Shown piece after piece: positions 19,955-30,081 of a stretch of DNA of 64,000 bases (position 1 is the first letter of the stretch; the number at the start of each line of letters is the position of its first letter). The notes beneath the pieces are model-generated. The model was not told where the DNA came from. It did no database searches and saw only the letters and a list, made by a program, of their open reading frames with translations. The DNA comes from a virus. The stretch spans positions 1 to 64,000 of IMG/VR virus record IMGVR_UViG_3300032309_002624. One strand, given 5' to 3'. The translations under genes were made by a program, and so were the position numbers.

Positions 19955-20563
19955 TTAATATACAAGGTAGATATGATTACCTTCTTTAGTGTTTATGATA
20001 TTATAGTTTGGGTTGATATCTCTTAGTAAAGATTCAAACTCAGCTAGTGTTGGGAAATTACCTTGACCCAAATCTCTACAGTCGTCAATCAACATTACGT
20101 GGTCATTACGATTACTTGCTGATTTGATTGCTTTTAATTCTTCAGTTAACGGACCGTCTAACATATTATGAGCGTCCAATAAGATAAAAAATCTTTCGTC
20201 AGGTAGTTCTTCTAATACTGATTTTAATGTGTCTTCAGAAGTCCCAAAAAGGAAGGTTAAATTTTCATATTTTTGTCCAACCTCCTGATAATGTTCACGG
20301 TAACTTTTACCGTCATATGGATTCCTGTCAGGATATAACTCAACAGTAAATGCAACATCGAAATGTTCGGCAAGGAAAATTGAAGTTCTTGCGTCGTGAG
20401 TTCCAGTTTCAATTGCGAAATTGACCTCACTCAAATTTGGTATTTTATCTTGGTATTGATACAATAGGGAAACAAATAGATTCGGAATAGGTAAACTTGT
20501 TTTATGTATGTCCGACATCTGTTCCCATCTTGGGTCACCAGCATAATCTAAATTAATTTTCAT
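19955..20563 (-). CDS. Class I SAM-dependent methyltransferase
   Basis: IETGT, LLDAH, LIDDCR motifs. Confidence 0.7.
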   Translation of the reverse strand: MKINLDYAGDPRWEQMSDIHKTSLPIPNLFVSLLYQYQDKIPNLSEVNFAIETGTHDARTSIFLAEHFDVAFTVELYPDRNPYDGKSYREHYQEVGQKYENLTFLFGTSEDTLKSVLEELPDERFFILLDAHNMLDGPLTEELKAIKSASNRNDHVMLIDDCRDLGQGNFPTLAEFESLLRDINPNYNIINTKEGNHIYLVY

Positions 20564-20564
20564 A

Positions 20565-21599
20565 TTAGTTATTTTTTATAATACATTTTAATATCTCATC
20601 CTTATAATCTGCAACAGTATCAAAGGCTTTCTGTATGTTTTCAAAATCAAACTCATGAGATACTATTTTTTCGATTTCTTCATCTCCTGTATAATTTACC
20701 ACACAATCATCTAATGTTTGGTTAGACCTACGAACATTTTTGATTGTTAATTCTTTTGTTCTCATTCTGTGCGGGTTGTAGGAAACAAAATCAGATTCAG
20801 GAATACCAATCAACGCAACTCTACCATTAACGGCTGCCACGTTGATACATCCATCAATAGATTCTGTGGTACCACCAGTGTCGATTGTTAAAGTCGAACC
20901 CATTCCGTGAGTTAACTCTTTAATTTTTTTACTGTAGTCGTCAGCTAACAAGAATGTTTCTTTCGCTCCAAATTTTTTGGCAAAATCAACTCTGTAAGGA
21001 AGTTTGTCAATCATGAATATATCTTTGAGTCCCATCTTTTTCAAAATAGAAAACATACATAATCCAATCGGACCCGCTCCAAATATTGTTGCTGATTCGG
21101 TAAACTTAGGTTCTATTAAGTTTGCGGTGTGAAGACATACTCCAAGGGGTTCTAACAAACTCGCCAAATTAAATGACATGGAGTCGGGTATCTTAACTAA
21201 TTGTAGTTCCTCGACAATAACATAATCGGCAAATGCTCCTTGTGAATTTGCACCCATAAAGGTACCTTTGTCACATAGATTATGTTTACCTTTTAAAGAC
21301 CAATAGGATGTTATGCAAGGCATTCCAGGTTCTACTGCAACTCTGTCACCGTCTTTGAATTTAGTTGACCCATTTGAATCAACTACGACACCAGATGGTT
21401 CGTGTCCCATATACATGGGTAAGGGGTTTTTGAAGGAACCGAGTCCTCCTTCTTTAAAATAATGCATATCGGAACCACAAATCCCGACAGATTTCATTGA
21501 GACAAGTAATTGACCCTCTTTTAATTTTGGGATTTCTTCTTCAAAAATTTCAATTTTTCTTATCTGAATTAGTTTTGCTACTCTGTTCTTCATAATCAA
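20565..21599 (-). CDS. Zn-dependent medium-chain (sorbitol/iditol-type) dehydrogenase
   Basis: GICGSDMH, GHEPSG, GDRVAVEP, GAGPIG. Confidence 0.9.
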   Translation of the reverse strand: MIMKNRVAKLIQIRKIEIFEEEIPKLKEGQLLVSMKSVGICGSDMHYFKEGGLGSFKNPLPMYMGHEPSGVVVDSNGSTKFKDGDRVAVEPGMPCITSYWSLKGKHNLCDKGTFMGANSQGAFADYVIVEELQLVKIPDSMSFNLASLLEPLGVCLHTANLIEPKFTESATIFGAGPIGLCMFSILKKMGLKDIFMIDKLPYRVDFAKKFGAKETFLLADDYSKKIKELTHGMGSTLTIDTGGTTESIDGCINVAAVNGRVALIGIPESDFVSYNPHRMRTKELTIKNVRRSNQTLDDCVVNYTGDEEIEKIVSHEFDFENIQKAFDTVADYKDEILKCIIKNN

Positions 21600-22713
21600 T
21601 TAAAGCTTGTTTTAAAACATCACAAATGTAATCTACCTCAGATAAACTCAATTCAGGATAAAGAGGTGGGCATATGTGGTGTTTACAATAATAGTCAGTA
21701 TTTGGTAAATTTACAGAGGAAAATTGTTCTTTGTATAAAGGTTGTTGATGAACTGGTATTTTATATACCTCTCCAGTCAATGTAATATTTCTGTCTTTAC
21801 AATATTTTTTCAACCATTCTCCATCAATAGGTGTGATAACGATTGCTTTGTAGTTGGCACAAATCCCTTTTCCTTTTTGTGTTAAAACTTTGTATTTTGT
21901 TTTTTCTAAATTCTTTTTGTATCTCTGAAGTAGATATTCCCTATCTAAAATTCTTTTGTTAACTCTATCAAGTTCAATACATCCTAACAAAGATGTGAAC
22001 TCGTTAATCTTAAAATTATTTCCTTCAGGGTTTACGATTATTCCACCGTCATTAAGAGCTCTTCCGAAATTCTTTAATGACTTCATTTTTTCGTAATATG
22101 TTTTGTTATTTGTTGTAATCATACCTCCCTCACCTGTTGTCATCACTTTTGTTGGGAAAAACGAAAATGTTCCAATGTCCCCAATAGAACCTGCTCTGTG
22201 TGTCCCTTTTAATGAAAAGTGTGCGTGTGCTGCGTCTTCAACTAACGGAACTTTATGTTTATTACAGATGTTTAATATTTTTGTAATATTGTGGCTAATA
22301 ATACCACCTATGTGTACTATGATTACAGCACCAACTTCTGAACTGATTTTATTTTCTAAATCTTTATAATCGATTGAAAATGAGTCTGGTTCCATATCTA
22401 AAAGTTCTATGATACCACCAGCGTTTGTTACTGCAACACTTGTTGCAAAGAATGTGTTTGATGGCATCAAAACTTTTTTTCCTTTAACGTCAATTGCCTT
22501 CAGAGCCAATTCTATTGCGGTTGTACCGTTTGAACATGCGAGTGCGTGTTTCGAATCGCTCATCTGAGCAAATCTTTCCTCGAATTCTTTAGTATATTTT
22601 GATTCTCCTAATGGTCTGTCTGATGATAAAATATCCCAAGAACCTTTCAAAAATTTTATTTTTGATTTAAAATCAAATTTTAATCTGAAAATTGGAATGT
22701 TCATTTTTTTCAT
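21550..22713 (-). CDS. DegT/DnrJ/EryC1/StrS PLP-dependent aminotransferase
   Basis: SNGTTA, EDAAHAH, FSFFPTKVMTTGEGG. Confidence 0.93.
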   Translation of the reverse strand: MKKMNIPIFRLKFDFKSKIKFLKGSWDILSSDRPLGESKYTKEFEERFAQMSDSKHALACSNGTTAIELALKAIDVKGKKVLMPSNTFFATSVAVTNAGGIIELLDMEPDSFSIDYKDLENKISSEVGAVIIVHIGGIISHNITKILNICNKHKVPLVEDAAHAHFSLKGTHRAGSIGDIGTFSFFPTKVMTTGEGGMITTNNKTYYEKMKSLKNFGRALNDGGIIVNPEGNNFKINEFTSLLGCIELDRVNKRILDREYLLQRYKKNLEKTKYKVLTQKGKGICANYKAIVITPIDGEWLKKYCKDRNITLTGEVYKIPVHQQPLYKEQFSSVNLPNTDYYCKHHICPPLYPELSLSEVDYICDVLKQALIDYEEQSSKTNSDKKN

Positions 22714-23348
22714 AATTTATAAACTTTTTTTACTTTTGATGGTACCCCTGCCACCATAACATTTGGAGGTACGTTTTCAATAACTACAGAACCTGCAGCA
22801 ACTATTGAATTGGCGCCGATTTGTATTTTAGGTATAATAGTACTACCCGCACTTATAAAACAATTTTCACCGATTTCTACATAACCACATAGAGTACTGT
22901 TTGGTGAAATTTGACTATAATCTCCGATGTAACAGTCGTGTTCAACAACTGAATTTGTGTTTATTATGGTACAATTACCAATTATTGAATCTATATGAAC
23001 CACCGCATTCGGACATATTAAATTACCATGTCCTATTCTCCTTGTTTCAACAACTGAGGATGGGTGGATACAGTTGAGAGGTTCTTTTTTTGTGTGATTT
23101 TTTATTAATTCGTAATGTTTTTTTCTCATTTCATTATCACCTGTTGCAATGAAATAATCCACATTAGTATTTTTGATATGGTCTAATGACTTTTCAACCG
23201 TTGAATATAACCTGTTAATTATTATTTCTTCTGCGAAACATTCCACATAATACAAATTGTAGTGTGGGTGTGTTAATTTAAAAATATTAGTCGCAATTTT
23301 GGCTCCAGCTGAGCCTCCGACTATTAGTATTGATTTTGGTTCACTCAT
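22710..23348 (-). CDS. PglD/NeuD-type hexapeptide-repeat acetyltransferase
   Basis: IHPSS, INTNSVVEHDC, VAGVP, left-handed beta-helix repeats. Confidence 0.9.
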   Translation of the reverse strand: MSEPKSILIVGGSAGAKIATNIFKLTHPHYNLYYVECFAEEIIINRLYSTVEKSLDHIKNTNVDYFIATGDNEMRKKHYELIKNHTKKEPLNCIHPSSVVETRRIGHGNLICPNAVVHIDSIIGNCTIINTNSVVEHDCYIGDYSQISPNSTLCGYVEIGENCFISAGSTIIPKIQIGANSIVAAGSVVIENVPPNVMVAGVPSKVKKVYKL

Positions 23349-24175
23349 ATAATTTGAATAGGTAAATCTTCGTTATACATTCCCCAGTTTTCTGAGTTTG
23401 TGGTTTCTGTAAAATCTTTTATAATTGAATTTTGGTCTGACATTGGAGGTACTGACTCATCTTCATCCCTATCACCATTTTTACCGTGATTGAGGTGGAA
23501 AATATAATGGTCTAAAACTTGTATTGTCGAATAATAAGAGGCTTTCTTCATAACGTTTGTATCAATACCGCATCCGAACAATATAGATTCTTCAAAACCT
23601 TTCATTTGATTCCAAACATTCCTGTGTCCAATTTGATAATCACCACAACAATTAATCAAAGACCATTTGTCTTCTTCTGTCCCAAACCTTTCCTTAGTCC
23701 CGTATCCGTCACGATTATCCCAAAGTGATTTGTATAAACTTTCGTATTCATTGAATGATAAATGAAAAGATTCATCCACGTCTCTTCTAGGGACAGTATA
23801 AAATATGTTTTCGTTTAAAACAGTGTTATCAATTGGAGTTGATACTATATCAATATTTGTTGAAATTATGTATTCGTGAGAAGCGCGTCTTATTGCGATA
23901 TTTCTACCAATCGATTCAATTATTGTATAGTTGGATATATCAGGATATTTTTCTGACAAGAGTTCCTTTGATACTTGAACCCATTTCAATTTTCCTGTGT
24001 GAGGTAAATTCTGTTTTATATTTGAAATAACCCCCTCCCCGTTTTTGGTTTTCCAATCCACAAATATAACTTCGTCATGGTGTTCAATTAGTGAAGTTAA
24101 ACCCATGGTTGTTCGTTTGTGCAAATTACCTCCGTAGTTATCGTTTCTTGAAGTTAGAACTACTGTTTTTTTCAT
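23345..24175 (-). CDS. Putative GT-A fold glycosyltransferase
   Basis: SRNDNYGG, EVIFVDW, GRNIAIRRA, STNIDI, GFEE, FHLNH. Confidence 0.65.
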   Translation of the reverse strand: MKKTVVLTSRNDNYGGNLHKRTTMGLTSLIEHHDEVIFVDWKTKNGEGVISNIKQNLPHTGKLKWVQVSKELLSEKYPDISNYTIIESIGRNIAIRRASHEYIISTNIDIVSTPIDNTVLNENIFYTVPRRDVDESFHLSFNEYESLYKSLWDNRDGYGTKERFGTEEDKWSLINCCGDYQIGHRNVWNQMKGFEESILFGCGIDTNVMKKASYYSTIQVLDHYIFHLNHGKNGDRDEDESVPPMSDQNSIIKDFTETTNSENWGMYNEDLPIQII

Positions 24176-24829
24176 TTAAATTCTTTTATATAGTTTGTCA
24201 CAAAACGATTTACCATTCACTGAACTTATATGATGTTCACTATCTCTAACATGAGTAAATCCTTCAGATATAATCTTATTATTTACTGCAAAATCAAAGT
24301 CTGAACCTAAGTCACTAACTTCTATTATGATGTATGTAAATTTATCGAGGTTGTCTCCAATTCCTTCTAATACCTGTAGTTCCGCACCTTCAGTATCGAT
24401 GTTCAGTAAATCATAATCAGAAAAACTTAATCCCTCCCTTTCAAATAAGGTTTTAATTGTGATTGTTTTTGTTTTAATAATATCTCCTTGTTGTTGAATT
24501 AAAGAACTTGAATCTTGGTTGTTAGGTGGACAATACAAGTTTAGTTCCAAATCATCATAGTTCCAAGCCGCCAAATTATAAATTTTCTGACCGAATTGTT
24601 CAATCTCATTTTTAAACATTTCGTATGAATTTGGATTTGCCTCTAAAAAAATTGTATTATTTCCACAATAGTGTGCGTATTGTTTCGCCTCCCAAGCGTC
24701 CCAAGCACCAATATGTAGGACTCCTTTAGGATACCAATCCAAATTATAAAACAATCCTTTATTGTTACCGAATTGATTTTCACCGACAGGGTTCGGGTCT
24801 TTATCCCAAAATGCTCCAAATAAACTCAT
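24176..24829 (-). CDS. FkbM family methyltransferase
   Basis: GVLHIGA, LEANP, LNIDTEGAELQVLEG. Confidence 0.88.
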   Translation of the reverse strand: MSLFGAFWDKDPNPVGENQFGNNKGLFYNLDWYPKGVLHIGAWDAWEAKQYAHYCGNNTIFLEANPNSYEMFKNEIEQFGQKIYNLAAWNYDDLELNLYCPPNNQDSSSLIQQQGDIIKTKTITIKTLFEREGLSFSDYDLLNIDTEGAELQVLEGIGDNLDKFTYIIIEVSDLGSDFDFAVNNKIISEGFTHVRDSEHHISSVNGKSFCDKLYKRI

Positions 24830-24830
24830 T

Positions 24831-25505
24831 TTATTTTCTTTTTAATATTATTTCTTCGGTGTAATGCCCAACATTGTTTATTGAGATTAATTCCCATTCG
24901 ACCAAATTGTCTAATAACCATTCTTTACTAAAAAAGGTGACTTTAATAATACTTTTTGGGTTCCAATTATCAAAATCGGTATCAATATAGTTGTCGTGAT
25001 TAATATCATTTACACTTTGGTTTATCATCCCATCGTACATTGTAAAAATACATCCGCTATTTGCGACTTGTGCTAAATTTGAAAATACTGCTGATTTAAA
25101 TTGCGCGGGAATATGCGGTAATACTGCGTTAGTAAACATGTAATCAAATTTGATTGGAAACTTATCTTCAAAGCTTTCAGTTAAATCTGACTGAACAAAT
25201 TTTAAATTGTCTGTCTCGTATTGTTTTGCGTAATTAATTCTATTGTCGGATAAATCAATTCCGTATGTATTCTTAAATTCATCACTTAATGTACGAGTAA
25301 AATACCCAAATGCACATCCAACATCCAAACAATTTTTTTCATTTAAATTAGTAATGTTATTTTTAATTCTTGGTATTAAATTTTCCTTCATCCAATTAAC
25401 ATCTCTTTCAGGATAACCAGTTTCATGACCAGGAGTCCCTTCGGGATTAATTGAACTTTCGTTTTCAAAGTATTCTTTCAAATGACCTTTAATATTTTCT
25501 ATCAT
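24831..25505 (-). CDS. Class I SAM-dependent methyltransferase
   Basis: LDVGCAFG, GIDLS, FDY...VLPHI. Confidence 0.88.
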   Translation of the reverse strand: MIENIKGHLKEYFENESSINPEGTPGHETGYPERDVNWMKENLIPRIKNNITNLNEKNCLDVGCAFGYFTRTLSDEFKNTYGIDLSDNRINYAKQYETDNLKFVQSDLTESFEDKFPIKFDYMFTNAVLPHIPAQFKSAVFSNLAQVANSGCIFTMYDGMINQSVNDINHDNYIDTDFDNWNPKSIIKVTFFSKEWLLDNLVEWELISINNVGHYTEEIILKRK

Positions 25506-25506
25506 C

Positions 25507-25890
25507 TTAATTGTATTTTACATATTCTTTTACTTCTCTTATTTCGGAGTCGGTAATAAGGTTTATTTCGTTTTTCAATCTAAATCTTTCATCGTTTGTG
25601 AAATACACTTTTCTTGCTAAATCGACAAACTCTCCCTCAAATCTTTTTTCAGTTTCTAAAACTCTTAACTTGTCTTCAACATCCCAAAGTTTTTCATTTA
25701 TATCACATAACTGATGGTATAAGGATTCAATTTCTGACGAATCCAAATGAACCGATGATAGATTATAAAGTAGTTCGAATTCTTTATTAACCAAAGTTAA
25801 TTTTTCTTCGTTACTTATTTTAATTTTTTTCACTTGCAGGATTGATAATTTATCTATCAATTCTCCGACACTAACTGGTACGTAAATCAT
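25507..25890 (-). CDS. DUF6165-like protein
   Basis: VSVGELIDKLSIL.VK, NEKLWDVED, LARKVY.TNDER..LK.EIN...S.I.E.K.Y. Confidence 0.75.
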   Translation of the reverse strand: MIYVPVSVGELIDKLSILQVKKIKISNEEKLTLVNKEFELLYNLSSVHLDSSEIESLYHQLCDINEKLWDVEDKLRVLETEKRFEGEFVDLARKVYFTNDERFRLKNEINLITDSEIREVKEYVKYN

Positions 25891-26591
25891 TTTATATATG
25901 TTAAATCTTTATCAAACATGTGTTCTACCTGATGAAAACTCGGAGGATTGTGTCTTGAATATACTGTAACATTTTTTAAACCTAATTTATTAATTATGTA
26001 CAATATTGAGGTTTCAACCGTGTATATATGTTTGGCTTTTATTAATAATCCAATCCAATCGAAAAGGTTATCCCATCCGAGATAAGTCATTTCAATTGAA
26101 TTCTCATAATGTCCCATGTGTGGGCATGGCTTAGAATCTGGCGGTGAGCCAAACATTCTATTAACTAAAACAAATTCTTTATCTCCAACACCGAAATGGT
26201 CAATTAATTTTTGTTCTCTTTCAAGATTTCTTTCAAATGTGAAATGGTCAACCCAATCGCTAAAATCCATATTGAGTAATTTGTATTTTGCATGCATGAT
26301 AGGTCCATCGTAATGTCTATCGAAATGTTGAATAGGTAGATAAACATCATTCACATTAATAACCATAGGTTTGGAATACCCTTCGTTGTAAATGTTTCTA
26401 TGTGGAAAATCGGCATTTTCATTTACAAAGATTAAGTTATCAATTTTGATATAATCTTTAATGAATTCGAATTGAGAAATTACAGGCCATATAACAGTAT
26501 ACCCTTTTGAGATATAATCTTTGGCAATTTTTTGAGTAAAAAAAATATCACCAATTCCTGCGGGTTGTCTTATTAAACAAATTTTAGACAT
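25887..26591 (-). CDS. Putative glycosyltransferase-like protein
   Basis: GIGDIFF N-terminal motif and IYTVETS (GT9-like pattern); cluster context. Confidence 0.5.
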   Translation of the reverse strand: MSKICLIRQPAGIGDIFFTQKIAKDYISKGYTVIWPVISQFEFIKDYIKIDNLIFVNENADFPHRNIYNEGYSKPMVINVNDVYLPIQHFDRHYDGPIMHAKYKLLNMDFSDWVDHFTFERNLEREQKLIDHFGVGDKEFVLVNRMFGSPPDSKPCPHMGHYENSIEMTYLGWDNLFDWIGLLIKAKHIYTVETSILYIINKLGLKNVTVYSRHNPPSFHQVEHMFDKDLTYIK

Positions 26592-27402
26592 ATTCTTTTA
26601 AATAGTTTTCAAAAATCCAATCGTCCAAAACACTGTATTTTTGAACTCTGTCGTAATTGTCTTTTATTGCCTCCATTTTTGATTGGTATAATTCTTCAGT
26701 TAATTGGGATAGGTCAAACATACCTTCAAAAAAGATTATACCATCAGGGTTAAAATATTCTACAACTTTTTTTGTTCCCATGTAAATCGGGATAGTTCCT
26801 GTTGCAAAACAATCTAATATTTTTTCAGTGAAGTAGGTATCATATGTATCATTTTCAACCGCAAATGAAAACATATAATCTTTTAGTCCAACTTCCTTGT
26901 TTGGTATTTCGTTAATACCTCTACCAAATACATCAATCTTATCAATATTATTCATTGCAAAATCATGTCTGATTTCGTGTTGACGAGTCCATCTTTTATT
27001 CGATGTAATCATAGAAGCCATCTTAGTTTTTGGATGGATTCCAAATTCTTTAATATAACTACCATAAGCTGGTGTCCACTTGAACTTTGGGTGTAATGAG
27101 AGTAATTCATCATTATGAGTCCAAATCTGTTCAAAAGTGTTAAGAACCTCATCTAAGTTTGATTTGATATTATCAATTGCTCCCCCATCAAATTTTCTTG
27201 ACTCAATAACCCAAAGGAATTTTTTCTTATTCCCATTATCTATTTTATGGTCTTCAATGGCCTTGAATAAGTCATTATCTAAATAAACTGAAATTGGGTT
27301 GTCGTAACTGTTAAAACACCATTCAATTAGTTGAGGAGCTTTATTTGCGGTAGAACCTTTATCATGTGAAAAGTTCCTTGATAACATGTTTAATTTAACC
27401 AT
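26584..27402 (-). CDS. GT10 (alpha-1,3-fucosyltransferase-like) glycosyltransferase
   Basis: YMFSFAVEN...YFTEKILDCFATGTIPIYMG. Confidence 0.85.
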   Translation of the reverse strand: MVKLNMLSRNFSHDKGSTANKAPQLIEWCFNSYDNPISVYLDNDLFKAIEDHKIDNGNKKKFLWVIESRKFDGGAIDNIKSNLDEVLNTFEQIWTHNDELLSLHPKFKWTPAYGSYIKEFGIHPKTKMASMITSNKRWTRQHEIRHDFAMNNIDKIDVFGRGINEIPNKEVGLKDYMFSFAVENDTYDTYFTEKILDCFATGTIPIYMGTKKVVEYFNPDGIIFFEGMFDLSQLTEELYQSKMEAIKDNYDRVQKYSVLDDWIFENYLKEYV

Positions 27403-28199
27403 CCGTCTTCGTATTTTACTTCAAGTACTGTCCAATATGGTTCATAAATGTCTTTATAATTTCTTGGTCCTCTAGGTCCAAACCAAATTGAAGGTGCTAC
27501 TATTTTTTTATTATGGTTTTTGTTTAAGAAACTTGCCCACCATGAGAAGGTTGAATTAACTATGATGTTGTTTTTACATAATGACATTAACCACATTTCC
27601 CTGTAATCTTCGTCTTCTACGTAAGTTACGTTTTCAAATTTTAGGTTTTCCTTTACCCACTCTTTGTCATCACTGAAAACAAATACGTGAGAGTATTCAC
27701 CAATTTCTTTAACCGCTCTCTCGATGTATTTCTCAGTCGCAATTGGGTGAATATCTGGATTCATAAAACAATCACCTCTTCTGATGTGAACAGACAATGT
27801 GTTTTCTTGTTTTAGTTCAGGGTATCTTTCCACCATCTCACTGACGAATTCTTCCGTAGGTGAGAATATGTTTCTAATTCTATCATCATGACCTAAAAAG
27901 TTTTTTGAACTTTGAAAGTATCCGTCGAATACGGTATTACCTTCTTTCACGAATACATCAATGTATTCCCACGGACCTTCACTAACTTTTTCAAACCCAT
28001 CAATATTGTCAACAAACTTCATGTTTCTGAAAATATTATTTAGGTAGTTTTCTGTTTGTCTGCCTTGCATTGGTGTCCAAGACCTTGGAACGAAAACTAC
28101 ATCCCTGTTGTGGGTAATTCCCTGTGCAATAGCGTGGGCCGCTTGAAAAATTTGATTACCTAACCCACCCATTAAATTACACGATATTAAATTGCTCAT
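27390..28199 (-). CDS. GT11 (alpha-1,2-fucosyltransferase-like) glycosyltransferase
   Basis: GGLGNQIFQ, GYFQS, SVHIRRGD, VFSDD, NSTFSWW. Confidence 0.92.
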   Translation of the reverse strand: MSNLISCNLMGGLGNQIFQAAHAIAQGITHNRDVVFVPRSWTPMQGRQTENYLNNIFRNMKFVDNIDGFEKVSEGPWEYIDVFVKEGNTVFDGYFQSSKNFLGHDDRIRNIFSPTEEFVSEMVERYPELKQENTLSVHIRRGDCFMNPDIHPIATEKYIERAVKEIGEYSHVFVFSDDKEWVKENLKFENVTYVEDEDYREMWLMSLCKNNIIVNSTFSWWASFLNKNHNKKIVAPSIWFGPRGPRNYKDIYEPYWTVLEVKYEDGWLN

Positions 28200-28924
28200 C
28201 TAACTAATTTTTTTAATTTTGTTTTATTTCTTATTATGTTTGCACATCTCTCTTGTTCTTGATGACCTCCACCTGTTGCACTACCTGGTTTGTGGTCATT
28301 GTATGGTGATTCTGCATTATAAACATAATACAAATTAGATAAGAATCTATAATTTTCCTCTCCCGCTAATTCTAAAAGTGAAAAGGTGTATGCAACATCT
28401 GCCGCAGATTTGAAGTATTCACCGTCGTCATCTCTAAGATAATCTTTAGGGATTGCTTTCCATAGAAAAGTTTTCCATGTTCTTAGATGAGAAAACCTGA
28501 AAGCGTCTTTACGAACCGTATTTGGATTACATTCCATAGAAAATCCGCTTTCACCACTTGAGTACATGAATGAGCCATTAGTTAACCAAATGTTTCCGTC
28601 AGAATACGTTTTACGAATATCCCCAACAACATCAGAATTTAATAAAAAATCATCACCGTCTAACTCAATCACAATATCTTCATCATCAAATGTTAATATA
28701 AGTTCATCCAAATTTTTTAATTTGAACTTTTTTTCGGTATTAACAATTAGTTTGAATCTTGGGTCCTCGGATATTAAGGATTTGCACACCCCAACAGAAT
28801 TGTCGGTAGACATGTCGTCAATAATGTAAACTTCGAAATCACTATCCTTTTGGGACTTCAAAGTTCTAATACAGTTTTTAATGTATTTTTCTGCGTTCCA
28901 AACGCATACTACAAATTTTATCAT
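28196..28924 (-). CDS. Glycosyltransferase family 2
   Basis: NAEKYI..CI, IDDMSTDNS, LDGDD, SHLRTWK. Confidence 0.88.
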   Translation of the reverse strand: MIKFVVCVWNAEKYIKNCIRTLKSQKDSDFEVYIIDDMSTDNSVGVCKSLISEDPRFKLIVNTEKKFKLKNLDELILTFDDEDIVIELDGDDFLLNSDVVGDIRKTYSDGNIWLTNGSFMYSSGESGFSMECNPNTVRKDAFRFSHLRTWKTFLWKAIPKDYLRDDDGEYFKSAADVAYTFSLLELAGEENYRFLSNLYYVYNAESPYNDHKPGSATGGGHQEQERCANIIRNKTKLKKLVR

Positions 28925-30081
28925 TGTAAATTAATTACGAATCCTTCAGGGGTCGTTCCTGGTTTATAAAATTTCAATCTACCGTTGTGTTCCTCACTCA
29001 AATCTGACAGTTGTTTACTGACAGCATCTATTTCAATAACGTTTAGATAATAACCTTCATTCAGTAAATCCAAACACAGTTTGAATTGTTGTGATTCTTC
29101 TAAGATATCGGTTCCTCTTTTGTAGGTTATGTAGTTCATAACGAAAGGAATTGTTTTATCTGGATTCTGTTTAATGAATAAATCCTTTAAAAAGGAAGCG
29201 TGTTCTTTGTTGAATTCATCTACAGTAAATGGTAGATTAAGTTCCATTCCGAGTTCTTTGGCGTAGTGACCTAAAGCCCTGTTATCCCTTGGTAAACAAG
29301 GTCCACCGAATCCAAAACCATATTTCATATATTTGTTACCAACTCTGGTGTCACCACCAATCGCCTTTAACACTGAGTCAATCTCATTACTTAAGTTTGA
29401 CTTAGTAAGAATATCCCCCATCATATTGGCGTAACTAATTTTAGTTGTTAAAAAACAGTTGATACCTATTTTTGTTATTTCCGCTGCTTTACATGACATT
29501 ACATGTGCGTTGACAGGTGTTGTTTGGATTTTAGTATAAATTGAAATTAATTCATTTGCCAATTCTTGATACTCGGTACCTATCAAAACAATGTCGGACT
29601 CTTCAAGACCTTTTACAATTTCACCTTGAGCAATGAACTCAGGATTATATGCAACTTGAATACTAAACATTGATAATCTTTTCTGAACTTGTTCTACGTC
29701 ACCAGGGTTAGTTGTACATCCCACAATAAATTTTTTATTGAAAACGGGAATATCTTGTTTAGACGATTCGAAAAAATCATTTGCAACTTCAAATACTGCT
29801 GAAGTATCGTAACTACCATCGGTAGTGGACGGGGTCGCAACAAAGGTGAATATGATGTCACAATTTTTTATAATTTCAATATTACTGGTTGTTGCACTAA
29901 AATTCGTAACCTCAAATAACATTTTTTGTATTAAAGGTTCGTTTGTTATACAAATGTTATTGTTAAGATTAAAAACATAATCTTCACGCTTATCGGATAC
30001 AATCACTTCGTATCCTGCTTTTTCACAAAGAAGTGCGAATGTGAGACCTAATCTACCAGCCCCGATTATTCCTATCTTCAT
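28921..30081 (-). CDS. UDP-glucose/GDP-mannose 6-dehydrogenase family protein
   Basis: GAGRLG, VATPS, YNPEFIAQG, GFGGPCLPRD. Confidence 0.9.
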   Translation of the reverse strand: MKIGIIGAGRLGLTFALLCEKAGYEVIVSDKREDYVFNLNNNICITNEPLIQKMLFEVTNFSATTSNIEIIKNCDIIFTFVATPSTTDGSYDTSAVFEVANDFFESSKQDIPVFNKKFIVGCTTNPGDVEQVQKRLSMFSIQVAYNPEFIAQGEIVKGLEESDIVLIGTEYQELANELISIYTKIQTTPVNAHVMSCKAAEITKIGINCFLTTKISYANMMGDILTKSNLSNEIDSVLKAIGGDTRVGNKYMKYGFGFGGPCLPRDNRALGHYAKELGMELNLPFTVDEFNKEHASFLKDLFIKQNPDKTIPFVMNYITYKRGTDILEESQQFKLCLDLLNEGYYLNVIEIDAVSKQLSDLSEEHNGRLKFYKPGTTPEGFVINLQ

